From the NCBI GenBank assembly GCA_963802455.1, contig CAWDIY010000036.1, positions 16,052-80,051 of the forward strand: 64,000 bases of DNA. Direction: 5' to 3'. The position numbers were made by a program, and so were the translations under genes. Origin of the DNA: an uncultured Alphaproteobacteria bacterium. GTDB lineage: Bacteria > Pseudomonadota > Alphaproteobacteria > Rhizobiales > Rhizobiaceae. The notes below the pieces were generated by a model that was not told where the DNA came from, searched no databases, and saw nothing but the letters and a program-made list of their open reading frames with translations. Of the stretch, positions 1 to 10,078 are shown in pieces (the first letter of the stretch is position 1; each line of letters opens with the position of its first letter).

Positions 1-386
1 AGGGCTACAAAAACATTGAGGCCTTCCGCGGCATGGCCGTGCCGAATGTCACCGACTGGCAGTTCCTCAATCTCAACTATATCACCAAGGCCAAGATCAA
101 TCAGGATTCCTGCATCCAGTGCGGCCGCTGTTACGCCGCTTGCGAAGACACATCGCATCAGGCGATCATGGCGGCGAAAGACGGCAAGCGGCATTTCGAG
201 GTGATGGACGACGAGTGCGTCGGCTGCAATCTTTGCGTCAATGTCTGCCCGGTTCAGGATTGCATCACGATGGAGCCGATGCAGGCCGGTTTGGTTGATC
301 CTCGCTCCAAGCGCAAGGTCGAGCCGAACTACGCCAACTGGACGACGCATCCGAACAATCCGATGGCGAAGGCGGCGGCGGAATAG
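1..386 (+). CDS. preA: NAD-dependent dihydropyrimidine dehydrogenase subunit PreA, C-terminal end (5' part lies upstream of the window)
   Basis: The frame is open from the window edge (GYKNIEAFRGMAVPNV...). Two 4Fe-4S ferredoxin motifs are present, CIQCGRCYAAC and CVGCNLCVNVCP. Stop at 384-386. Neighbours are reductive pyrimidine catabolism genes. Confidence 0.8.
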   Translation, partial: GYKNIEAFRGMAVPNVTDWQFLNLNYITKAKINQDSCIQCGRCYAACEDTSHQAIMAAKDGKRHFEVMDDECVGCNLCVNVCPVQDCITMEPMQAGLVDPRSKRKVEPNYANWTTHPNNPMAKAAAE

Positions 387-842
387 CAGGGCCAGCCTCC
401 CTCCTTATCACGCCCCGTTTCCGGTCTGATCATTGAAATTCCAAGGGACGTACAGGGCGTGTGGTCCTGCCGTTTGGAAATGATTGAGAGTGTGGCTCGC
501 CACACGCCCTGTCACGGCTTTTTGCCCGGGCTGGCGCAAGGGGCGCACTGGTGATGCGCGGCAAGGCCAGGAGGGACATGGCTAAGGGAACTCCGCCCGC
601 GCCGGTAACCGTTACCAGCGCTGCCATAGGCCGCCCGCTCTCCCGAATGCCGGTTGATCACCCGGTCCCCATGAGAGCAGCGGGGCAAGTATCGCAGACA
701 GCGCGGGGCATTGGATAAAGTCTGCTGCGCTTTTCAATCAACGCATTGATATTAAACGATATTATTTTTCAAAACGTGCGATTCAATGCCCCATTTCGGC
801 CAACCTCCGTGACATGCAAGGCCCGAAAGAGGCGCAGCGGAT

Positions 843-994
843 GGAGGGGGCGGCTTGTCCTGCTTCGCTCTTCGAGCTTCGCAGGATTGGGTGCTTTATT
901 CTGCGGCGATTTTAATGGCTGCGGAATGAGTCTCGTCCTGCGGACCCTGCGAAGCTCGCCCTTGCGAGCGAAGCAGGACAGGCCACCCCCCTCC
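843..994. repeat. About 150-nt palindromic (MITE/REPIN-like) element
   Basis: Left arm 843-885 (ggagggggcggcttgtcctgcttcgctcttcgagcttcgcagg) is an imperfect reverse complement of right arm 946-994 (cctgcgaagctcgcccttgcgagcgaagcaggacaggccacccccctcc). A 60-nt AT-richer centre separates them. The element lies just 3' of the TetR gene. Confidence 0.6.
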
Positions 995-1005
995 GGCAGC
1001 TGCGC

Positions 1006-1647
1006 CTACCTCGGCCGCACGCCATTCAGCACCACAGACAGCACCGCCTGCGCGGTCTGCTCGTAGAATCCGGGCTTGTCCACCTGGCTGCCGAGCACCG
1101 CCCGCACCTGCACGTCGAAATCGGCATAGTGCTGCGTCGTTGCCCAGATAATGAAGAAGAGGTGCGGCGGGTCGATGGGGGCGAGCTTGCCTTGGCTGAC
1201 CCATTGGCGGATGACAGCGGATTTGCGGTCGACCAGCTCTTTCAGCCCGGTCTTCAGGAACTGCCCGACATGCGGCGCGCCGTGCAGGATTTCATTGGCG
1301 AAGAAGCGCGAGGCGGCGGGTTTCTTCGACGACATTTCAAGCTTGCGGGTGATGTATTTTCGCAATTCTTCAATCGGGTCGCCTTGCGGGTCCAGCGCCA
1401 GCATCGGTTTCAGCCACTCGTCAAGCGTCGCCTCCAGAACGGCGGCGTAGATGTCGTCTTTGCGCTTGAAATAATAGAGAAGGTTGGGCTTTGACATCCC
1501 GGCCCTCTCGGCGATCTGGTCAATCGTCGTGCCGCGCAGGCCGTAATTGGAAAACATTTCCAGCGCCGCGTCGAGGATGACGCCGCGGTTGACCTCCTGG
1601 ATGCGGGTCGGCTTTTCGCTGACTTCTTTTTTGGGTTTAGCTGCCAC
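1006..1647 (-). CDS. TetR/AcrR family transcriptional regulator, RutR-like (pyrimidine utilisation regulator type)
   Basis: 213-aa ORF with a GTG start. N-terminal TetR HTH: ILDAALEMFSNYGLRGTTIDQIAERAGMSKPNLLYYFKRK. It is divergent from the transaminase gene inside a pyrimidine catabolism cluster. Confidence 0.85.
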   Translation of the reverse strand: MAAKPKKEVSEKPTRIQEVNRGVILDAALEMFSNYGLRGTTIDQIAERAGMSKPNLLYYFKRKDDIYAAVLEATLDEWLKPMLALDPQGDPIEELRKYITRKLEMSSKKPAASRFFANEILHGAPHVGQFLKTGLKELVDRKSAVIRQWVSQGKLAPIDPPHLFFIIWATTQHYADFDVQVRAVLGSQVDKPGFYEQTAQAVLSVVLNGVRPR

Positions 1648-1766
1648 GTGTCGTTTTTCCAGAAGCGCCGGGACAGGCGCGGTTTCACATCAGGATTCAG
1701 CTAAACACAGAACCGGGATAACGCAAACGCTATTGACCGCCACCGCCTTCCCTTTTAGCCTGTAAT

Positions 1767-1782
1767 TTGACCGATTAGTCAA
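1767..1782. promoter_or_regulatory. Candidate RutR-type operator TTGACCGATTAGTCAA
   Basis: A 16-bp near-palindrome in the divergent TetR/transaminase intergenic region. It matches the E. coli RutR consensus TTGACCAnnTGGTCAA at 12 of 14 specified positions. Confidence 0.5.
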
Positions 1783-1823
1783 TAAATCCGACGCCTTCGC
1801 GCCGTGCTGTTGAAAGCACCTAA

Positions 1824-3149
1824 ATGTCAGCCAGCCCCAAATCCCTGAACAATATGGAAGCCTTCTGGATGCCGTTCACATCCAACCGGCAGTTCAAGCG
1901 CAACCCGCGCCTGTTTGTCGGCGCAAAGGACATGCACTACACGACCGATGACGGGCGGCAGGTGCTGGACGGGACGGCGGGGCTGTGGTGCTGCAATGCC
2001 GGGCACGGACGCGAGCGCATCGTCAAGGCGGTGCAGGAGCAGGTGGCGCAGATGGATTATGCGCCGGCCTTCCAGATGGGCCATCCCAAAGCGTTTGAGC
2101 TGGCGGCGCGGCTGGTCAATTATCTGCCGCGGCCGCTCGACCATGCGTTCTTCACCAATTCCGGTTCGGAGTCGGTCGAGACCGCGCTGAAGATCGCCAT
2201 CGCCTATCAGCGGGCGCGCGGCAAGGGCACGAAGACGCGGCTGATCGGCCGCGAGCGCGGCTATCACGGCGTCAATTTCGGCGGCATTTCGGTCGGCGGC
2301 ATTCCCAACAACCGCAAATTTTTCGGCTCGCTGCTGACCGGCGTCGACCATATGCGCCACACCCATGATCTGGAGCGCAACGCCTTTTCCAAAGGCATGC
2401 CGGAACATGGCGCGGAGTTTGCCGATGACCTCGAAAAGATCATCGCGCTGCATGACGCGAGCAACATCGCCGCCGTCATCATCGAGCCAGTGGCGGGCTC
2501 CACCGGCGTGCTGATCCCGCCGAAGGGCTATCTGGAAAAGGTGCGGGCGATCTGCACCAAGCATGACATCCTGCTGATTTTCGACGAGGTCATCACCGGC
2601 TTCGGGCGCATGGGCACGCCGTTCGCCACCGATTATTTCGGCGTGACGCCCGATCTCATCACGGTTGCCAAAGGCATCAATTCCGGAGTCATTCCGATGG
2701 GTGCGGTGTTCTGCACCTCCGACATTTACGACGCCTTCATGACCGGCCCCGACCATATGATCGAGCTGTTCCACGGCTACACTTACTCCGCCCACCCCAT
2801 CGCCTGCGCCGCCGCTTTGGCGACGCTGGATGTGTATGAGGAAGAGGGCTTAATGACCCGCGCGGCGAGCCTTGCCCAATATTGGCAGGATGCGCTGCAT
2901 TCGCTCAAAGGCGCGCCGCATGTGATTGACGTGCGCAATATCGGCCTGATCGGCGCGATTGAGCTGGCCTCCATCCCCGGCGAGCCGACCAAGCGGGCCT
3001 TCTCGGTGTTCCTAGATTGTTACGAGAAGGGCGTGCTGATCCGCACCACCGGCGACATCATCGCCCTGTCACCGCCGCTGATCGTGTCGAAGGCGCAGAT
3101 TGACACGATTGTTTCCACCATCGGCGACTGCCTCAAGGCGGCGGCCTGA
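1824..3149 (+). CDS. Class III (omega) aminotransferase, beta-alanine/omega-amino acid--pyruvate transaminase type
   Basis: 441-aa intact ORF with family motifs (FTNSGSESVETALKIA, DEVITGFGRMG, TVAKG with the PLP lysine). The context implies beta-alanine removal after pyrimidine reduction. Confidence 0.85.
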   Translation: MSASPKSLNNMEAFWMPFTSNRQFKRNPRLFVGAKDMHYTTDDGRQVLDGTAGLWCCNAGHGRERIVKAVQEQVAQMDYAPAFQMGHPKAFELAARLVNYLPRPLDHAFFTNSGSESVETALKIAIAYQRARGKGTKTRLIGRERGYHGVNFGGISVGGIPNNRKFFGSLLTGVDHMRHTHDLERNAFSKGMPEHGAEFADDLEKIIALHDASNIAAVIIEPVAGSTGVLIPPKGYLEKVRAICTKHDILLIFDEVITGFGRMGTPFATDYFGVTPDLITVAKGINSGVIPMGAVFCTSDIYDAFMTGPDHMIELFHGYTYSAHPIACAAALATLDVYEEEGLMTRAASLAQYWQDALHSLKGAPHVIDVRNIGLIGAIELASIPGEPTKRAFSVFLDCYEKGVLIRTTGDIIALSPPLIVSKAQIDTIVSTIGDCLKAAA

Positions 3150-3165
3150 GGGAAGGGGAAAACGG

Positions 3166-3642
3166 ATGCCGACCATCGCGCCTGAAAGTCCTTTGGCACC
3201 GGACCTGAAGTTGCTGATGCGGCGGCATTCCGATGAGATGCATTTGCATAGCCCGACCGCAAGCATCCACATGCTGGATGCTTCGAAACTGGCGGCGCCC
3301 GGCATCTGGTTTTTCGTGATGCGCGATGAAGGGCAGGCCATCGGCATGGGCGCAGTCAAGCGCATCGATGACAGTCACGCCGAGATCAAGTCGATGCACA
3401 TTCTGTCCGAGCGGCGCGGGCAAGGCTCGTCGCGGCAGATGCTGGATCATCTGGTTGATCATGCGCTGAGCCAAGGTTTTAAACGCCTCAGTCTCGAGAC
3501 CGGCAGCCAGGCCAGCTTCAAGCCGGCGCATAATCTCTACCGTTCAGCCGGATTTGCCGATTGCGGACCGTTTGAGGGCTATGTCCCGGACCCGAACAGC
3601 GTGTTCATGACACGTGAAATTTCGGCAAGCATGGGGAGTTGA
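3166..3642 (+). CDS. GNAT family N-acetyltransferase
   Basis: ATG 3166 is preceded by gggaagggga. Acetyl-CoA motif region: ILSERRGQGSSRQMLDHLVDHA. The ORF-track start at 3100 overlaps the upstream gene and was not used. Confidence 0.8.
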   Translation: MPTIAPESPLAPDLKLLMRRHSDEMHLHSPTASIHMLDASKLAAPGIWFFVMRDEGQAIGMGAVKRIDDSHAEIKSMHILSERRGQGSSRQMLDHLVDHALSQGFKRLSLETGSQASFKPAHNLYRSAGFADCGPFEGYVPDPNSVFMTREISASMGS

Positions 3643-3646
3643 TGCG

Positions 3647-4895
3647 ATGTCCCTGACGCCCAACATGAAAATCAACAGCGCCCGGCTCTGGGACTCGATC
3701 ATGGAAATGGCGAAGATCGGGCCGGGGATTGCGGGCGGCAATAACCGGCAGACGCTGACGGACTCGGACTCGGAAGGCCGCCATCTGTTCAAGCGCTGGT
3801 GCGAGGCGGCGGGGATGTCGATGGGCCTTGACACGATGGGCAACATGTTCGCCACGCGCCCCGGCGAGGACAAGAACGCCCTGCCCGTCTATATGGGCTC
3901 GCATCTCGACACGCAGCCGACCGGCGGCAAATATGACGGCGTGCTCGGCGTGCTCGGCGCGCTGGAAGTGGTGCGCACGATGAATGATCTTGGCATCAGG
4001 ACGAAGCATCCGATAGTCGTGACCAACTGGACCAATGAGGAAGGCGCGCGCTTTGCACCCGCCATGCTGGCGTCCGGCGTGTTCGCGGGTATCCACACCG
4101 AAGACTATGCCAAGGGGCGCACGGATCTGGATGGCAAAGTGTTCGGCGACGAGCTGACGCGCATCGGCTGGGTGGGCGATGAAAAAGTCGGCGCGCGCAA
4201 AATGCATGCGATGCTGGAGCTGCATATCGAGCAGGGGCCGATCCTGGAGGCCGAGGGCAAGGACATTGGCGTCGTCACGCATGGGCAGGGCCTGTGGTGG
4301 CTGGAAATCACGCTGACCGGCAAGGAGGCGCATACCGGCTCGACGCCGATGGCGCTGCGCGTCAACGCCGGCCTCGGCATGGCCCGCATCACCGAGCGCG
4401 TGCACCAGATCGCCATGAGCCATCAGCCGAACGCCGTCGGCGCGGTGGGGCAGGTGAAGGTCTTCCCCAACTCGCGCAATGTCATTCCCGGCAAGGTGAT
4501 TTTCACCGTCGACATCCGCTCGCCGGAGCTTGCCAAACTCGACACAATGCGCGGCGAAGTCGAGCGCGCGGCGCACAGCGTGGCGAAGGAGCTCGGCCTC
4601 GGCTGCGCCATCGAGCCGGTCGGCCATTTCGATCCGGTGACGTTTGATCCGGCGCTTGGTGAAGACAGTCCGCGCCGCCGCCGAACGCCTCGGCTATTCG
4701 CACATGGACATCGTCTCCGGCGCCGGCCACGACGCCTGCTGGATCAACCGCGTCGCGCCGACCGTGATGGTGATGTGCCCGTGCGTCGGCGGGCTGTCGC
4801 ACAATGAGGCGGAGGAGATTTCGCCGGAATGGGCGGCGGCGGGGACGGATGTGCTGTTCCATGCGGCGGTGGAGACGGCGGGGGTGGCGGGGTGA
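3647..4895 (+). pseudogene. M20-family Zn amidohydrolase (N-carbamoyl-beta-alanine / N-carbamoyl-L-amino-acid amidohydrolase type), one +1 frame break near 4658
   Basis: ORF 3614..4807 continues in ORF 4644..4895: ...VGHFDPVTFDPAL|VKTVRAAAERLGYSHMDIVSGAGHDACW.... An extra g at gg 4658-4659 accounts for the shift. ATG 3647 follows the GNAT stop. Confidence 0.8.
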
Positions 4896-4910
4896 AGAGT
4901 TTTTCGCTGC

Positions 4911-5027
4911 GGCTTCGCCGGACCCCCACCCCTAACCCCTCCCCACAAGGGGGAGGGGGACTAAAGAGCGCTCTGGAACCCCTCCCCCTCGTGGGGAGGG
5001 GCAAGGGTGGGGGCGCCTCGCGCCGAG
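4911..5027. repeat. REPIN (inverted doublet of family-1 REP units)
   Basis: Unit A is gacccccacccctaacccctccccacaagggggaggggg. Unit B is gaacccctccccctcgtggggaggggcaagggtgggggcgcc and is approximately the reverse complement of A. Each unit holds a cccctcccc/ggggagggg hairpin. Confidence 0.85.
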
Positions 5028-5058
5028 CTTTCCTCGTTAATGCACAGGGAAATCTCAG

Positions 5059-5421
5059 ATGCCCCACGCGATGACCACTGGAGCCATCAGCCGCGCCCGC
5101 TCCCTCCGGCGCAACATGACGGAGGGCGAGCGGAAGCTTTGGTCAGAGCTGCGGGAGTTCCGGCAGCTCTATGGCGTTCACGTGCGTAAGCAGGCCCCTA
5201 TTGGACCCTATATCGCTGACTTTGCCATTCATTCGAAGAACCTGATCATCGAAGTTGATGGCGAGCATCATTTCACACCGGATGGAATGGCACGGGATCA
5301 AAAGAGGGATTCTTGGTTTGCCTCACAGGGCTATAAGACAATCAGAATGACAACAGGTGAATTGTCAGAGTCCTTCGATGGCTGCGTGGAAGAAATCATG
5401 CGTGAAGCGGGGCTGATGTGA
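5059..5421 (+). CDS. DUF559 endonuclease-domain protein (Vsr-like PD-(D/E)xK fold)
   Basis: 120-aa ORF with the family signature LRRNMTEGERKLWSELR...PIGPYIADFAIHSKNLIIEVDGEHH. It is roughly half identical to the paralog at 7835-8203 and is flanked by family-1 REPs. Confidence 0.8.
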   Translation: MPHAMTTGAISRARSLRRNMTEGERKLWSELREFRQLYGVHVRKQAPIGPYIADFAIHSKNLIIEVDGEHHFTPDGMARDQKRDSWFASQGYKTIRMTTGELSESFDGCVEEIMREAGLM

Positions 5422-5440
5422 CGGAGAGTCTTTTCCTTGG

Positions 5441-5505
5441 GCGCTTCGCTCTGGAACCCCTCCCCCTTGTGGGGAGGGGAAGGGGTGGGGGTCGCGAGCG
5501 CAGCG
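5441..5505. repeat. Single family-1 REP unit (B orientation)
   Basis: gcgcttcgctctggaacccctcccccttgtggggaggggaaggggtgggggtcgcgagcg. Confidence 0.8.
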
Positions 5506-5597
5506 AGCCACGCAAGAACAACATCGGGATCGTCCCGACTCACAGTACGCAAATTGTCCAACCCAACGTTGGCAAACTTTCCGGCAGGTTTTTTAGT

Positions 5598-5716
5598 GGG
5601 CGCTTCGCGCCGACCCCCACCCCTAACCCCTCCCCACAAGGGGGAGGGGGACAAGCAAGCTCGATAGAACCCCTCCCCCTCGTGGGGAGGGGCAGGGGTG
5701 GGGGCGCCTCGCGCCG
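5598..5716. repeat. REPIN (inverted doublet of family-1 REP units)
   Basis: It has the same A-spacer-B organisation as 4911-5027 and is near-identical to that copy. Confidence 0.85.
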
Positions 5717-6113
5717 TAGGCCCAATTGTTGTCTAACCCGCGGACGGTGGAGTTAGTTGTATGAAATTTTGGCAGGTTTGCATGCAGACAAAGGCTTCAT
5801 TCGCCGCAATGGTTTAATATTTGTATCTGTCACTCTTAGCCTTAGCGTGTTGCGGCGTTCCCCAAGAACTTGAAGAAAATGCCGAGACGCTGAAGGCACA
5901 ATTTTCTTTGGCTGACCGAGAGACCGTGTTGACTGAGCAGTTCGTCAAAACAGCTGTGCTCAAACCACGATTGTGGTGCTTTCACGGAAGAACAGGCAAG
6001 TCTGCTTCTCGACCGCTACCTCAAGAGCAAGATCGCATTGCTGAGAAAAAGCTGATGGAATCGACGATGACCAGATGCTCAAGCGGAAAAGCAATCTGCT
6101 ACATTCAATCTAA

Positions 6114-7776
<1,663 letters not shown>

Positions 7777-7782
7777 AAACTG

Positions 7783-7832
7783 AACTCCCCTCCCCCTTGA
7801 GGGGAGGGGCCGGGGGTGGGGGCGAGCGCAGC
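7783..7832. repeat. Family-1 REP unit (B orientation), left inverted repeat of the DUF559 cassette
   Basis: Positions 7798-7824, tgaggggaggggccgggggtgggggcg, are the exact reverse complement of 8222-8248. Confidence 0.9.
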
Positions 7833-7834
7833 AA

Positions 7835-8203
7835 ATGTCTCCAGGAGTGGTAGCTAAATTTTCAATCTCGAAGGCACGGCGTCTTCGGAGGGAAATGTCA
7901 GAAGGTGAGAAGCATCTTTGGAGTCAGTTGAGGACACTGCGAAATTCAAATGGGATTCACGTCAGGAGGCAGGCGCCGATTGGACCTTACGTGGCCGATT
8001 TTGCCATTCACGCTGCCAAGTTGATCATTGAGGTGGATGGTCCGATGCATATGGACGAGACGCGGCGCGAAAGGGACAAGGTGCGGGATGACTGGTTTTT
8101 GCACGCGGGATATCGGGTCATTCGTTTCCGGACGGAAGAAGTCATGACTGCCTGGTCTGATTGCGCTGAACGGATTTTGAGGGAAGCAGAGGCATCAAAT
8201 TGA
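7835..8203 (+). CDS. DUF559 endonuclease-domain protein (Vsr-like PD-(D/E)xK fold), paralog 2
   Basis: 122-aa ORF: LRREMSEGEKHLWSQLR...PIGPYVADFAIHAAKLIIEVDGPMH...GYRVIRF. It sits 10 nt after the left REP and 18 nt before the right REP. Confidence 0.8.
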   Translation: MSPGVVAKFSISKARRLRREMSEGEKHLWSQLRTLRNSNGIHVRRQAPIGPYVADFAIHAAKLIIEVDGPMHMDETRRERDKVRDDWFLHAGYRVIRFRTEEVMTAWSDCAERILREAEASN

Positions 8204-8217
8204 CTCGGACCATTGAG

Positions 8218-8256
8218 GCGCCGCCCCCACCCCCGGCCCCTCCCCTCAGGGGGCGC
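8218..8256. repeat. Family-1 REP unit (A orientation, outer hairpin truncated), right inverted repeat of the DUF559 cassette
   Basis: Positions 8222-8248, cgcccccacccccggcccctcccctca, are the reverse complement of 7798-7824 (27/27). Confidence 0.9.
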
Positions 8257-8261
8257 TCGAC

Positions 8262-9045
8262 GTGAACGCGCGCAGTAATCTCCGCCCGCGGCCTCTCCCT
8301 CACCTTCGGCACAAACGACGGCCCCGTCCACGCGCTGTCCAACATCAATCTCGACATTAACGAGGGCGAGTTTGTCTCGCTGATCGGCCCCTCCGGCTGC
8401 GGCAAGACCACGCTTTTGCGCGTCATCGCCGATCTGCAAAGACCGACCGCCGGGACAATCTCCGTCAATGGCATGAGCCCGCAGCAGGCGCGGGAGAGCC
8501 GCGCTTATGGCTATGTGTTTCAGCAGGCGGCGCTGTTTCCGTGGCGCACGATTGCGGACAATATCGCGCTGCCGCTGGAAGTGATGGGACTTTCCAAGGC
8601 GGAGGCCTCCGCACGCGTGGCGGAAAATCTCGACTTGGTCAACCTGTCAGGCTTTGAGAAAAAGTACCCGTGGCAGCTTTCCGGCGGCATGCAGCAGCGC
8701 GCCTCCATCGCCCGGGCGCTGTCTTTGCAGCCGCAGATGCTGTTGATGGACGAGCCGTTCGGGGCGCTGGACGAGATCGTGCGCGACCATCTGAATGTGC
8801 AGCTTCTGGCGCTGTGGGCGAAGACGAAGAAGACCGTTGTGTTTGTGACGCACTCGCTGCCGGAGGCGGTGTTTCTGTCAACGCGCATCGTGGTGATGTC
8901 GCCGCGGCCGGGGAAGATACATGAGGTGATTGAGTGTGACCTTGGGCCGGAGCGGCCCTTGGAGATACGTGAGACGCCGGAGTTTTTGCGGATCGGGCAA
9001 AGGGTAAGGGACGGGTTAAGGGCGGGGCATAGTTATGAGGAGTGA
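8262..9045 (+). CDS. ABC transporter ATP-binding protein (NitT/TauT family), 5' end unresolved
   Basis: Walker A GPSGCGKTT, signature LSGGMQQR, Walker B LLMDEPFGALD. The conserved frame opens at 8266 (TRAVISARGLSLTFG...) without a start codon. GTG 8262 is one frame off, so a +1 break within about 8265-8275 is likely. Confidence 0.75.
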
Positions 9046-9062
9046 GTGCCAATTGGACGGTT

Positions 9063-9172
9063 CAGCGCGAGGCGCCCCCACCCCTGCCCCTCCCCACAAG
9101 GGGGAGGGGTTCCAGAGTGCGCCCTTGTCCCCCTCCCCCTTGTGGGGAGGGGTTAGGGGTGGGGGCGCGGAG
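9063..9172. repeat. REPIN (inverted doublet of family-1 REP units)
   Basis: gcgcccccacccctgcccctccccacaagggggaggggttc ... gtccccctcccccttgtggggaggggttaggggtgggggcgc. Confidence 0.85.
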
Positions 9173-9198
9173 CCCACTCATGTTGAGGGAAGGCAGAT

Positions 9199-10078
9199 AT
9201 GTTGACCCAATCCTCCCGCCTCCTCCCCGTCGCGACAATCACGCTGATCCTGCTCGTCCTCTGGTACATCTTCACCTTCATCATGAACGCCCCGTTCCAG
9301 CGGGATCAGGACCAGCGCGACGGCGTCACATCCACCTTCACCGAACTCGTCGCCAAAACCATGCGCCAGCCGAAGCCGACCATGCCGGCGCCGCATCAGG
9401 TGGCGCAGAATTTGTACAAGAATATTTTCACGGTGAAGCCGACTTCGCAGCGCAGTCTGGTCTACCATGCGGGCGTGACGCTTTCATCCACGCTGTTGGG
9501 CTTTCTGATGGGGACGGTGCTCGGCATCCTCATCGCCGTCGGCATCGTGCACATCCCGGCGCTGGAGCGTTCATTCCTGCCATGGATCATCGCCAGCCAG
9601 ACGATCCCGATGCTGGCGGTGGCGCCGATGATTATTGTCATTCTGGCGGCGGTGGGCGTGACGGGGCTTTTGCCCAAGGCGCTGATCTCGACCTATCTGT
9701 CATTCTTCCCGGTGGCGGTCGGCATGGTGAAGGGGCTGCGCTCGCCGGACGTGATGCATCTCGATCTGATGCGCACCTACAATGCGTCGAAATGGCAGAC
9801 ATTCTGGAAGCTGCGCGCGCCGGCCTCGGTGCCGTTCTTCTTCACCTCGATCAAGGTGGCGGTGGCGGCGAGCCTGGTCGGGCGCGATTGTCGGCGAGCT
9901 GCCGACCGGCGCGGTGGCGGGGATTGGGTCGAAGCTCTTGGCCGGGTCGTATTACTCGCAGACAATTGATGTCTGGGCGGCGCTGATCGCCGGGTCGGTT
10001 GTCGCTGTCATCCTCGTCATGCTGGTGGATATCGCGGCGCGCTTCACGGCGGCGCGCATGGGCGGGAGGCCGGCATGA
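9199..10078 (+). pseudogene. ABC transporter permease (NitT/TauT family), one +1 frame break near 9881
   Basis: ORF 9199..9969 continues in ORF 9782..10078: ...KVAVAASLVG|AIVGELPTGAVAGIGSKLL.... An extra g in ggg 9880-9882 accounts for the shift. RBS gagggaagg lies upstream of ATG 9199. Confidence 0.8.

Noticed and set aside
387-842. ORFs 430..627- and 746..1066+ in the preA/TetR gap
   Set aside because: They are short and lack motifs. They overlap hairpin and palindromic elements and are more likely non-coding.
4744-5756. ORF-track products rich in PLPLVGRGRGGG / GGGGL motifs (4744..5067-, 4829..5074+, 5331..5654-, 5418..5756+, and similar at 7373..7834-, 9042..9986+)
   Set aside because: These are translations of the REP/REPIN repeats in several frames and on both strands. 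They have no start context and no coding periodicity.
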